Shown here one piece after another: positions 1 through 8,332 of a stretch of 44,161 nucleotides of DNA. Source of the DNA: a virus. Its lineage: Duplodnaviria > Caudoviricetes. A model generated the notes under the pieces. It searched no databases and was not told the DNA's origin. It saw only the letters and a program-made list of their open reading frames with translations. The stretch is from positions 1 to 44,161 of IMG/VR virus record IMGVR_UViG_3300037783_000006; one strand, written 5' to 3'. The position numbers were made by a program, and so were the translations under genes. Position 1 is the first letter of the stretch. Each line of letters opens with the position of its first letter.

Positions 1-127
1 TTCTTCTTCTTTGCCGCTAGCGGATAAATAGATTTCAAGTCCATGTTTAGGGTATTTTCTTAGTAAATGTTGTTTTATCGGCTTACCTGTTGTTTCCTCA
101 ATGTTTTCCAGCTTCCTTTTTATATCA
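1..127. repeat. Terminal direct repeat, identical to 44035-44161 (circular assembly overlap; unit genome 44,034 bp)
   Basis: Exact 127-bp match between the two ends; a minus-strand ORF reads in frame across the junction. Confidence 0.97.
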
Positions 128-258
128 GGGTCTTGAATAATGAAAGGGTTTACTTCCATTGTCCAGTCTGAACGCGCGTCAAGCAGCCAATTATAGGCGA
201 CCTTTTTTCTGTTGCCTCCGTTGGTGAAGACTATTTCAATCGGTTCAATCGTTCTCAT
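1..258 (-). CDS. 5' part of a 143-aa hypothetical head-module protein spanning the circular junction (continues 44034->43861)
   Basis: Manual translation from ATG 258 (ATGA overlap with the stop of the upstream gene): MRTIEPIEIVFTNGGNRKKVAYNW...; open across the junction to TGA at 43861-43863. Confidence 0.85.
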   Translation of the reverse strand, partial: MRTIEPIEIVFTNGGNRKKVAYNWLLDARSDWTMEVNPFIIQDPDIKRKLENIEETTGKPIKQHLLRKYPKHGLEIYLSASGKEEE

Positions 259-1139
259 TTGTTTACGAGTTTGTCATTCATTATATAGCTTACTTTGAAT
301 TTGTGTCCTAAGCCGTGTTCTCTGAACATCTTAATCAATACCCTATCGTAGTATTCCAAGTAGTCCAATTTAGTTAGCGTTCTGCCTTTTCCATTTCCGT
401 ACAAACTAAGGATGTAGAACTCATCTTTGACCTCTGATATTGGCTTGTGTTTATTACCGAAGAATATCGGTTTAACAGGGTGCGAAGCGTCAATGTCTTT
501 TTTAGCTAATGCACCACCGAAAACAAGTTCATCTGGTAAACCAGAACCCCATTTTATCAATAGCTTCTTACGGTCTTGGAATGTTTCCTGATTGAGTTTC
601 AAAGCTAGTTTAAACAGAGATGTGTTTGACCGTTTCTTTTTAGCAAAGTGCCAAGATGTTTGAGGTGCGTAATAGATTGAATCTTCACCCAATCCGAACT
701 CTGACCATATATCATCATTGGTTGCCCAAATAGAATAATCGATAGGCATATCCTTTGTTCCACGACCTTCAATGTCAGTTGCTAGGTCTTTCTCTATTGA
801 GTCGTAGAAAGGCTGTAAATCCTTCAAGCATAGCGCGTCAACGTCTAAATAAAGATACTCCTTAAAATATTTAGTAGCTACTGAGTAAACACCTAGTTTC
901 GCGCCACCCGCGTCAAAAACGCCCCTTTGATGTGTAAAAGGTAAATTGACTTCATGCTGAATATCGAAAACATCCGTTGGTATCTGATTGATGAACGAAC
1001 CATCGTGTATCAGTAGAATGTTCGCATCTGGCGAATAGTGTTTGATAGAGAAAGCCAAGTTGTATGCCGCGAAAAAGTAACCGCGTTTACCTATGGCTAG
1101 AAGTGCAATGTTCAATTTGTTCGTCTTTATTCTTGACAA
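255..1139 (-). CDS. Putative GT-A fold glycosyltransferase (GT8-like); real start probably TTG 1115
   Basis: N-terminal LLAIG..YF..AYNLAFSIK.. segment and hhYLDVD (DxD) motif. The track's start overlaps the TATATTTG promoter element at 1137-1144. Confidence 0.7.
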   Translation of the reverse strand: MSRIKTNKLNIALLAIGKRGYFFAAYNLAFSIKHYSPDANILLIHDGSFINQIPTDVFDIQHEVNLPFTHQRGVFDAGGAKLGVYSVATKYFKEYLYLDVDALCLKDLQPFYDSIEKDLATDIEGRGTKDMPIDYSIWATNDDIWSEFGLGEDSIYYAPQTSWHFAKKKRSNTSLFKLALKLNQETFQDRKKLLIKWGSGLPDELVFGGALAKKDIDASHPVKPIFFGNKHKPISEVKDEFYILSLYGNGKGRTLTKLDYLEYYDRVLIKMFREHGLGHKFKVSYIMNDKLVNK

Positions 1140-1223
1140 ATATAACTAAACATTTAGTTAACTACCTAATTTTTTAGTTGATATTTCTAATGTGTTTTCT
1201 ATTAAAAATAATTACTATATTTG
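1137..1223. promoter_or_regulatory. Divergent Bacteroidota-type promoters: -7 element TATATTTG on minus (1137-1144) and on plus (1216-1223)
   Basis: Both match the TAnnTTTG consensus and flank an AT-rich spacer with short inverted repeats. Confidence 0.7.
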
Positions 1224-1229
1224 CTTTCA

Positions 1230-1720
1230 GAAGATTCAATCAGTATGTGCGTACTGATTCAAGGATAACATTAGAACCCTCTGATAGTGCGCACACACTT
1301 GACGAGGGTTTTCTTTTTCGCTGAATCTGCGATGATTGAATTGAAAGAGTTATTCAACTACCAATGGTTCTAAACCTACCTAATGAGGGTTCACAACTAG
1401 CGAAGTGATAACTAAGTTTGCCTCGAAGTGAGGGTGTTTAAGTGTCATTAGGGGTGACGGTCATTTGAAACAATGATTGATAAGGTCAAAAGCCTTATAG
1501 CCAAGTGCGATTTCCGAAAGGTGTTCAAGCAAGTTGGTTTCGCTTGATTGGAGAAATCCTTTTAGGCGAAGCCGTACTCAAAACCGAAGATGTTAAGCAA
1601 GTATAAGGCTGTAGAAAACAAGAAAAAACATAAACAAAAAAGCCCCTATCTATTATCGCGGAAAAGTGGAACTTAACAGCTAAGATAAGGGCTAGCTTCG
1701 GGGAAAAGTCTTAAACAAAA
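1230..1720 (+). ncRNA. Candidate structured non-coding RNA
   Basis: About 490 bp with no long ORF, downstream of a plus-strand promoter. Helices AGCCTTATA(1491-1499)/TATAAGGCT(1602-1610), AACCCTC/GAGGGTT and AGCCC..TATCT/AGATA..GGGCT; CC-GAAA-GG loop. Confidence 0.35.
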
Positions 1721-1727
1721 TTAACAA

Positions 1728-1958
1728 CTATTCACAGACTTCTTGACCTAATTGCCAAAGTTCTAAACCTGAATGGTATTGTTTAGAACGATATTCAACG
1801 TCACCATTGCAATCAACCATTGTAGCGGTGCAAATCCTTTCTATGTAAACGTCTGTTATTACCCAGTCACATTCAACATCAACTACCGTTTTACAACAGC
1901 TTATTTCTTCTGAGCAACTGGACAAGGCAATAGCAAATAATGGTATTAGCTTTTTCAT
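1728..1958 (-). CDS. Small Cys-rich lipoprotein
   Basis: MKK + hydrophobic stretch + lipobox ALSS-C. Confidence 0.75.
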   Translation of the reverse strand: MKKLIPLFAIALSSCSEEISCCKTVVDVECDWVITDVYIERICTATMVDCNGDVEYRSKQYHSGLELWQLGQEVCE

Positions 1959-1959
1959 C

Positions 1960-2160
1960 TTAATTGCTTTTAGAACAGTTCAAATCTGGAGCATTGTTCC
2001 AGTGGTCAATGTACTCATCAATAGTTTGATTGCTCAATTCTTCTTCGCATACATACGACCATAGCTGACCATTTGTAAGGTAGCACTTGGCGCAATTACC
2101 GCTTTCTTCTTTTGTGCATCCGATAAATGCAAGTGAAATCAATAGTAGTAGTTTCTTCAT
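1960..2160 (-). CDS. Small Cys-rich lipoprotein
   Basis: MKK + hydrophobic stretch + lipobox AFIG-C; own TATATTTG element at 2177-2184. Confidence 0.75.
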   Translation of the reverse strand: MKKLLLLISLAFIGCTKEESGNCAKCYLTNGQLWSYVCEEELSNQTIDEYIDHWNNAPDLNCSKSN

Positions 2161-2192
2161 GTTTTTGTGTTTTCAACAAATATAGACATAAT

Positions 2193-2813
2193 TTACCAAC
2201 CTACGCCTTTGTCCTCTCGCCTGTGTACGTGTCCAATGGTTGAAGTGAAACCGATATGGTTGATTAAACTCGGCAAATAAAATTTCTGTTTCAACCCCAT
2301 TCTGTGTATCGTTTCGGGAACAGCATGGTCTATCTGTTGGTTCTTTGCGTAGTTGTCTCTGTGGTTAATAAAAAAAGGATGTTCAAGCACTTTTAAAGCC
2401 AATTCACGCCTAAAGATATATCCACCGCCCCATGTCTTGTCCCAACCGCCTTGAACCTCGTTAAATCCTTGTTTCCATTTGTATCTTCTAGCAACGCCTT
2501 GCGGAACAAAACAAGCAACGTATCCTGTTTGGCTGTCAAACCCTTTTAACGCTGTTTCTAGCCAATTATCTCTGAATATGATGTCGTCTGCCATTACCGT
2601 TACATAATCAGCGTCTGACTTGCACAAGTCCTCTAGCACCCGATAATAATGCCTAAAGCACCCAACGTGTTCACCTAAACTTTTAGTTGGTACTTTATAC
2701 GGCAATTTGAATCCGTCAGGATAAACGGTTACAGGATGTCCTATTGAACCTAATGTTTGAGGTAGCGTTTCTATTTGTCTCGGATACCAAGTTATGCCTA
2801 TATTTACGTTCAT
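2193..2813 (-). CDS. Putative glycosyltransferase (GT-A fold)
   Basis: IGITWYPR start, YVTVMADDIIF (xDD) motif, C-terminal PSLINHIG. Confidence 0.7.
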   Translation of the reverse strand: MNVNIGITWYPRQIETLPQTLGSIGHPVTVYPDGFKLPYKVPTKSLGEHVGCFRHYYRVLEDLCKSDADYVTVMADDIIFRDNWLETALKGFDSQTGYVACFVPQGVARRYKWKQGFNEVQGGWDKTWGGGYIFRRELALKVLEHPFFINHRDNYAKNQQIDHAVPETIHRMGLKQKFYLPSLINHIGFTSTIGHVHRREDKGVGW

Positions 2814-2825
2814 GGAATCCGTTAA

Positions 2826-3338
2826 TTAAGTTCTCGGCTTTGCTGGATTCCCGTAAACAATAGAATCTTTAGCAACATCTTTGACCACTACTGAACCCAA
2901 ACCAATCAGCGCATTAGACCCTATTTTAAGACGGTTTCTAAGCGTTGCCCCTAGTTTGACCTTTACACCGTTTTCGATAACGCAATAGCCGCCTATGATT
3001 ACGCCTGTGCATATCTCGCAGTTATCCAATATCTTCACATCATGCCCAACGTGTGAATGAGCCATTATGATATTATTGTTTCCGATGTAGGTAGTTCTGA
3101 AATCGTAAGGACGTTGGATTGTTACGTGTTCTGAGATTACGTTATTGTTTCCGATTGAAACAGTTCCCTTGAAGTCTTTTTGATTCACACCTCGTATCTC
3201 ACCGTTTGAACCGATTACAGTGTATGCGCCTATCCAATTACCCGTGCCTAACTTCACATTCTTGTGGATGATAGCCGTTCGGTGAATATAATTACCGTCA
3301 ATATTGATGAAATCTATATTGTACAGCTTAGACATCAA
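2826..3338 (-). CDS. Hexapeptide-repeat (left-handed beta-helix) acyl/acetyltransferase, LpxA/NeuD/PglD-like
   Basis: Repeated [LIV]-G-x4 hexapeptides, HSHVGHD, C-terminal GSVVVKDV...YGNPAKP. Confidence 0.9.
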   Translation of the reverse strand: MMSKLYNIDFINIDGNYIHRTAIIHKNVKLGTGNWIGAYTVIGSNGEIRGVNQKDFKGTVSIGNNNVISEHVTIQRPYDFRTTYIGNNNIIMAHSHVGHDVKILDNCEICTGVIIGGYCVIENGVKVKLGATLRNRLKIGSNALIGLGSVVVKDVAKDSIVYGNPAKPRT

Positions 3339-4164
3339 ATTTGGTCTTTATAATTTCCGAATCAATGTAATGACTATTATTCCATAATCGAAATGGTGTC
3401 ATATTAACATCGCTTTTGATGTCAACCGCTAGCAATCCTTTCTCTTTCAAACTAAATGTGAATTTAGGAAACTCAGACCGAAAAAGTTTTTTTTGCATTG
3501 ACGTGTCTAAATATCTATTGTCCGAACAACCCCAGACAACACCGCCCCAACTTTCTATCATTTTCCTGCTTAGAACCCTACCTGCACCAACCGTGTGATT
3601 CTTTCTGTATATTTCGCGATAACCACCCCAGTAAGATGCTTTCCCGCTTTCAAGGTCGTAGAAATAGAAATCGGTAACCCCGATAAAGTGATAGCCTTTC
3701 CTAATCAGTTTAACGTATTCGTCAATTAGTTCTTTACTTAGTAGGTCATCGCTTCCAACGCATATAACGTGTGTATAGTCTCGTTTCAACGCCTCTCTAA
3801 TGGTAGCGTTCATCTTTGACCCTAGCGGTTGATTAGGATGCTCTATATAAATGAACCCGAATGATTCAGCTAGATTCTTTGATGCCTCGCCTTCGCTACC
3901 TACAACGATAACGTCAATACCTAGTTTCTTGTAATGCTTTCCGAATATCTTGAACACTTCGGGACGCTTCCACATACCTGTAACGACACATAGTTTAATA
4001 TCCTCATCCGATACTATGGGTTCAAGTTCTTGAATGTATGCAATCACACCCTTTTGAATAAGTTTGATGAGATACCTTTCGTTAAGTCTATGCTTATCAA
4101 AAGCATCCCCCTCGTTTATTCTGTTGCCGAACTTGTCGTTTATCGGCTTATTGGCTATGTACAT
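3328..4164 (-). CDS. Putative GT2-like glycosyltransferase
   Basis: CVVTGMWKR, NQPLGSKMN and ICVGSDDLL motifs typical of GT-A enzymes. Confidence 0.75.
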   Translation of the reverse strand: MYIANKPINDKFGNRINEGDAFDKHRLNERYLIKLIQKGVIAYIQELEPIVSDEDIKLCVVTGMWKRPEVFKIFGKHYKKLGIDVIVVGSEGEASKNLAESFGFIYIEHPNQPLGSKMNATIREALKRDYTHVICVGSDDLLSKELIDEYVKLIRKGYHFIGVTDFYFYDLESGKASYWGGYREIYRKNHTVGAGRVLSRKMIESWGGVVWGCSDNRYLDTSMQKKLFRSEFPKFTFSLKEKGLLAVDIKSDVNMTPFRLWNNSHYIDSEIIKTKFDV

Positions 4165-4229
4165 TTCTAATCTTTAGTGCCATTATACCGTGAGTTCGTA
4201 GTATTTAACGTCTATTGCAAATGGTTGGT

Positions 4230-4778
4230 TTATACTTGTTTCAACCTGTAAAGTACATTGATTGTTATATCACTATCTCCAGTGGCTGGGTCACCACCGG
4301 GCGCACTGATTTTTAAATCTTCATTAGCTAATAGTTGAGTGTCTGCAGCCGCAAATGATGAGTCTACCGTAAACTTTCTTCTACTTGAAACGGAAGCGTT
4401 AAGCGCACTGTTGGTTATCATTATTGGCTCAATACTTCCAGCTCCATCGTGGAATAATTGTAACCCTACATTTGTATCGTATGGGGTTGTGTTGAAGTCA
4501 ATATCAACGTTTGCGTCTATTGGGTCAATAATATACCCAGTTACAGATGGAACTACCGTTAATGGCGTGGTGTTTAATGTTAACACGTCTGCACTTGCAA
4601 TTGTGAGTGATGCTTCTTTAATGATTACATTCCCAGCATTCTCAAAAGACTGCTCAACCGCATCTTGAAACACTACTTTATTCGTGTCCCCATCGTTTGT
4701 AAAAACTAATCCGTAATAGTCTCCATCTATCGCGCTTGGAGATACCGTTGCTAAATCGTTGATTGCTATTTCTGACAT
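4230..4778 (-). CDS. Putative virion structural/tail-associated protein
   Basis: Acidic, T/D/N-rich, beta-like composition; last gene of the tail block. Confidence 0.5.
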   Translation of the reverse strand: MSEIAINDLATVSPSAIDGDYYGLVFTNDGDTNKVVFQDAVEQSFENAGNVIIKEASLTIASADVLTLNTTPLTVVPSVTGYIIDPIDANVDIDFNTTPYDTNVGLQLFHDGAGSIEPIMITNSALNASVSSRRKFTVDSSFAAADTQLLANEDLKISAPGGDPATGDSDITINVLYRLKQV

Positions 4779-4779
4779 C

Positions 4780-6360
4780 TTAATTGATTAAAATTGTTCT
4801 ACCTGCTGTGTCTAATAATGTACTTGGTTTAACGAATCCACCCGTGCCCCTTACCAATATGCTTTCGCCTACTTCATCGCATCCTATCGTTTCTGTTGCG
4901 GTGCAACTTCGTTTCTCTACCAGTTCCTGTTTGCTAAAGGTCATTGTAACGGTTGCTAGGTCAACGTCAAATTCCAAAGATGGTGTCGGATATTCTTCAT
5001 CCTCACTTGCCATCTGTACACCTTCAATATAGACGTTATCAAAACCCAAAAGTAGGTTCATAAAATGATGTACGTACTCGGGCGCACCGAACAACAAGGA
5101 TTTAGCCTGTCTCGTTCGCATATACGGGACTGCCTTGAATCCGTTGCTGTACTCGTAACCAGTTCTAGTAATAGGATAGCTTGATGTTCTGTAAGTGCTT
5201 TCTAGTCTAATAGTAGGTTTGAATCCAGACCCGTTGAAACCAAAGTTGAATTGGTCTCCATTTCCACACGCTTCTATTTTCACGGTGCAATCATGGTCAT
5301 CCTTTAACTCGAACTCAGTAGAGTAAGACGATACGATAGGCGTTACCGCTGCAATACTGAAATCCTCAACCGCAAACGCTGCTGTATTGGTTACAATGAA
5401 TCTAACCTCAATATCACCTGCAAAACTTGTGGATAGCGTTTCCGTGTAAGTGCCATCTGTTGTTCTTGTTGTTCCGTTAGTTGTTCCAATCCTCACTTGG
5501 AAACTATCACCAACACTCATACCTGTTAGCGTGTATGTTATCTCATACTCCACATCTGGACACAATAAAGCCCGTGAACGCACCTGTGTGTCTCCAATGA
5601 AACCGAACTGCATCTGTCCGCCTGTTATGTTAACAGCACCTGTAATGACGCGCCATTGGTTAGGCGTTACAAAGTCATCGCCAACAAACCCGAACTGCGA
5701 ACATTCGCAAGGGTCGTAACTTGCCAACTTGTAACAACCGTCTGCAAGTCCTAACGAATCCCAGTCATCAATATTAAGCGTTACAAATCCATCCGTATAG
5801 TTGAACATTGAACTTGGAACGGTTGCCTGTACTACGTTATCCAAATTGACCACATCAACACGAACATCCGCGTTCATTGGTTTAAGCTGAATGTTGGAAA
5901 TAGTACCGCCTAATGGTTCAGAGAAAAAGAAATTGATTTCCGTTGTACTTGCCGCGCTGAATACGTATTCGTGGTATCCATCTCGCTGCGTGTACTCATA
6001 CCACCCCGAACCGTTGTAAATATTCAAATACCCGTTGTTCACGGTGCAATAGAATGAAACCTGATAGAGTTCGGATGTTGTCTGTGGAAACGTCTGTTGA
6101 AGTCGCCCGTTAGTTCCAATGGGCGAAGTAGCTACACCACCGCTGAACGACCATGTACCGAATTGCGTCCAATCTGAACCACCACTTGCAAAGTCTCCGT
6201 TTGTCAGAACAGTCCACGTAGTACCGCAAGGCGCAAACCCCCATTGAACGGATGTTGTATCCAATCGTTCTATCTTCTGAATCCAATTAGCACAATCCAA
6301 CGTGCAGTTGGTCGGAAGGTCGAATGGTAGCGGCTGATATGGTATGTTTGTTAAACTCAT
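4780..6360 (-). CDS. Putative tail protein with carbohydrate-binding-like beta-sandwich repeats
   Basis: 526 aa; LTNGDF...W motif and a second similar module; follows the tape measure and baseplate genes; TAACTTTG at 6366-6373. Confidence 0.6.
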   Translation of the reverse strand: MSLTNIPYQPLPFDLPTNCTLDCANWIQKIERLDTTSVQWGFAPCGTTWTVLTNGDFASGGSDWTQFGTWSFSGGVATSPIGTNGRLQQTFPQTTSELYQVSFYCTVNNGYLNIYNGSGWYEYTQRDGYHEYVFSAASTTEINFFFSEPLGGTISNIQLKPMNADVRVDVVNLDNVVQATVPSSMFNYTDGFVTLNIDDWDSLGLADGCYKLASYDPCECSQFGFVGDDFVTPNQWRVITGAVNITGGQMQFGFIGDTQVRSRALLCPDVEYEITYTLTGMSVGDSFQVRIGTTNGTTRTTDGTYTETLSTSFAGDIEVRFIVTNTAAFAVEDFSIAAVTPIVSSYSTEFELKDDHDCTVKIEACGNGDQFNFGFNGSGFKPTIRLESTYRTSSYPITRTGYEYSNGFKAVPYMRTRQAKSLLFGAPEYVHHFMNLLLGFDNVYIEGVQMASEDEEYPTPSLEFDVDLATVTMTFSKQELVEKRSCTATETIGCDEVGESILVRGTGGFVKPSTLLDTAGRTILIN

Positions 6361-6373
6361 CTATACAAAGTTA

Positions 6374-8332
6374 CTAAACGTCATTGGACAATATTGATAT
6401 TTGACTTAACCCATCATGCAACCTGTACTTAAAAGAATCGTTCCACCCCGTTCTATTTACGTGTTGGTTTGTAATTCCTATCAGTTTTGTGGTATCATTA
6501 TAGAATGAGTTGAAAGTAGCTAAGTCAACAGGGTATTCAATAGATGTTTTGGCTATGCGCCTATTTTGACCTGTGTTTGTTTGCACGTCCTGAATAGCAA
6601 CTCTAGAATCACAACATTGGAAATAGTTATTTTCACTTACCACAACTCCAAATACAACCTCTCCCTGTGTAACGGCTGGGTTTACGTTTTGAGCATAGGA
6701 AATTGTAAAAACCGCAAAATCACCAGCTTCCATAGGTATGTAAGGACTTTCCCACTCTTCAAAATTTGGTGGTGCGCTTGTCAAATAGCTTCTTACATCT
6801 GATTGATACGTGTTTATCAATGTTGCACTTGAATCATAAACCTCTATTTGCAAATAGAAGAATATCGTTACCGCTGGTGGTGAACCTGCGAACTCATCTA
6901 CATTTATACCTACGCAAAACTGATAATTACCTTCATCAACAGGCGTAAACCTTTCTGTCCCTGTGTCTATCCTCCCTTGTGGGTCATAGATTAAACTGTT
7001 CATTGGAAAACCATTTCCAGCAGTTGTCGGATATCTTGTGTATGATGGTGCTTGAAGTGGTAAAAGTTGACCTGAGTTGTTCGTTCCTTCGTAAAGGAAT
7101 AGATTCAACCCATTGTAAAGGCTGAAAAGGTTTAGAACACCTGTCAGATAATCGATATACCTTGCTAATATTTCCTTGTTAGTGTAGTCTTCATTGTACC
7201 AAAAAGCACCAATACCAAAAACGTCTGTTGCTTTTGCTATCGTTGGGTTGACGGAATCTGCCTGTATAAAGAAAACATCTCTATCGTATGTGTCATTATT
7301 GTATATGATAACGTCTTCAATAGTGTTTGTGTCAACTATGAATCCTTGTGGAATTGTAAGGTCTAAATCAACATTCTCATTACACTCACCTGTTATATAA
7401 TATTCCTCTTCTTGAAACCCGTAGTAACTGATATTGTTAGAAGCTGCACAATTAGAATTACCATCATTACAATCATTAGGCAATATGATTGTACTGCCAA
7501 TTCGAACCTTAGCGTAAAGAAGCTCTTTTATATAGCTTAACTCAGTTCTGTTAGGGTTTGTTATTTGTATTCCGTTAGTATTGTTTCTAAAGTATGAAAG
7601 TGGCTCAATTCTTAAAACAGGGTTGTTAGATGAATCTCGCTGAAAGCCAATGGCTAGGTTTTTCATCTTGCGCATAACCTCGTAAAGGTCTTCAAATGAT
7701 ATGCTTGGTGATTCGGCTTTGTTTACAGGCGTGTCATGGTTTCGCAAATCCAAACCGCTACAAATATGGTCTACTGAACCATCGCCAGTATTGAAGTAAT
7801 CGCTTTCAAATGAAACAGCATCATCTGTCATCCATGATACGATGAATTTAAACGCCTCGTAAACTCTGTAAGTTCTAACCAACCCCTCAGTATAAGTTCC
7901 GATAGTTGGGTTGAACAATTGAAGCGTTGTTTCAGTTGGTGCTGTTATCGGTTGTCCGTTTTTTGTTGTTGTAGCGTCTAAAGAAACGTCTATTGCTTTG
8001 TTGTTCTGAATCCTAGTTGAATAGCCATCATCTTGTATTGTTACCTGAGCAGAACATTCTGTTTCGTTGAATATGCAATCAGTAATGAATATACCACCCT
8101 TTAATACTATGTACTCACCAGCACATTCAGACGCTATTTGAACATCTATGATTTGACAAGTGTCATTCCTTCTTGAGTAAAGATATTCGTAACCATCACC
8201 AAAGAAAGTTAACTGCTGGTCATAGCTTATTGTAGTTATTTGATTTACGTGGTCGTATTCAATTGATACGGTCATTTCCTCCCACTCAACAGGATTACTA
8301 ACCTCAGTACCGTTAAAAGATATGCTTACCAT
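6374..8332 (-). CDS. Putative tail tip/baseplate hub protein
   Basis: 652 aa directly downstream of the tape measure gene; N-terminal NPVEWEE..LTFFGDGYEY; inferred from synteny. Confidence 0.6.
   Translation of the reverse strand: MVSISFNGTEVSNPVEWEEMTVSIEYDHVNQITTISYDQQLTFFGDGYEYLYSRRNDTCQIIDVQIASECAGEYIVLKGGIFITDCIFNETECSAQVTIQDDGYSTRIQNNKAIDVSLDATTTKNGQPITAPTETTLQLFNPTIGTYTEGLVRTYRVYEAFKFIVSWMTDDAVSFESDYFNTGDGSVDHICSGLDLRNHDTPVNKAESPSISFEDLYEVMRKMKNLAIGFQRDSSNNPVLRIEPLSYFRNNTNGIQITNPNRTELSYIKELLYAKVRIGSTIILPNDCNDGNSNCAASNNISYYGFQEEEYYITGECNENVDLDLTIPQGFIVDTNTIEDVIIYNNDTYDRDVFFIQADSVNPTIAKATDVFGIGAFWYNEDYTNKEILARYIDYLTGVLNLFSLYNGLNLFLYEGTNNSGQLLPLQAPSYTRYPTTAGNGFPMNSLIYDPQGRIDTGTERFTPVDEGNYQFCVGINVDEFAGSPPAVTIFFYLQIEVYDSSATLINTYQSDVRSYLTSAPPNFEEWESPYIPMEAGDFAVFTISYAQNVNPAVTQGEVVFGVVVSENNYFQCCDSRVAIQDVQTNTGQNRRIAKTSIEYPVDLATFNSFYNDTTKLIGITNQHVNRTGWNDSFKYRLHDGLSQISILSNDV

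Noticed and set aside
1-127. Biological direct terminal repeat
   Set aside because: It falls mid-gene and 127 is a common assembler k-mer size; treated as a circularisation overlap.
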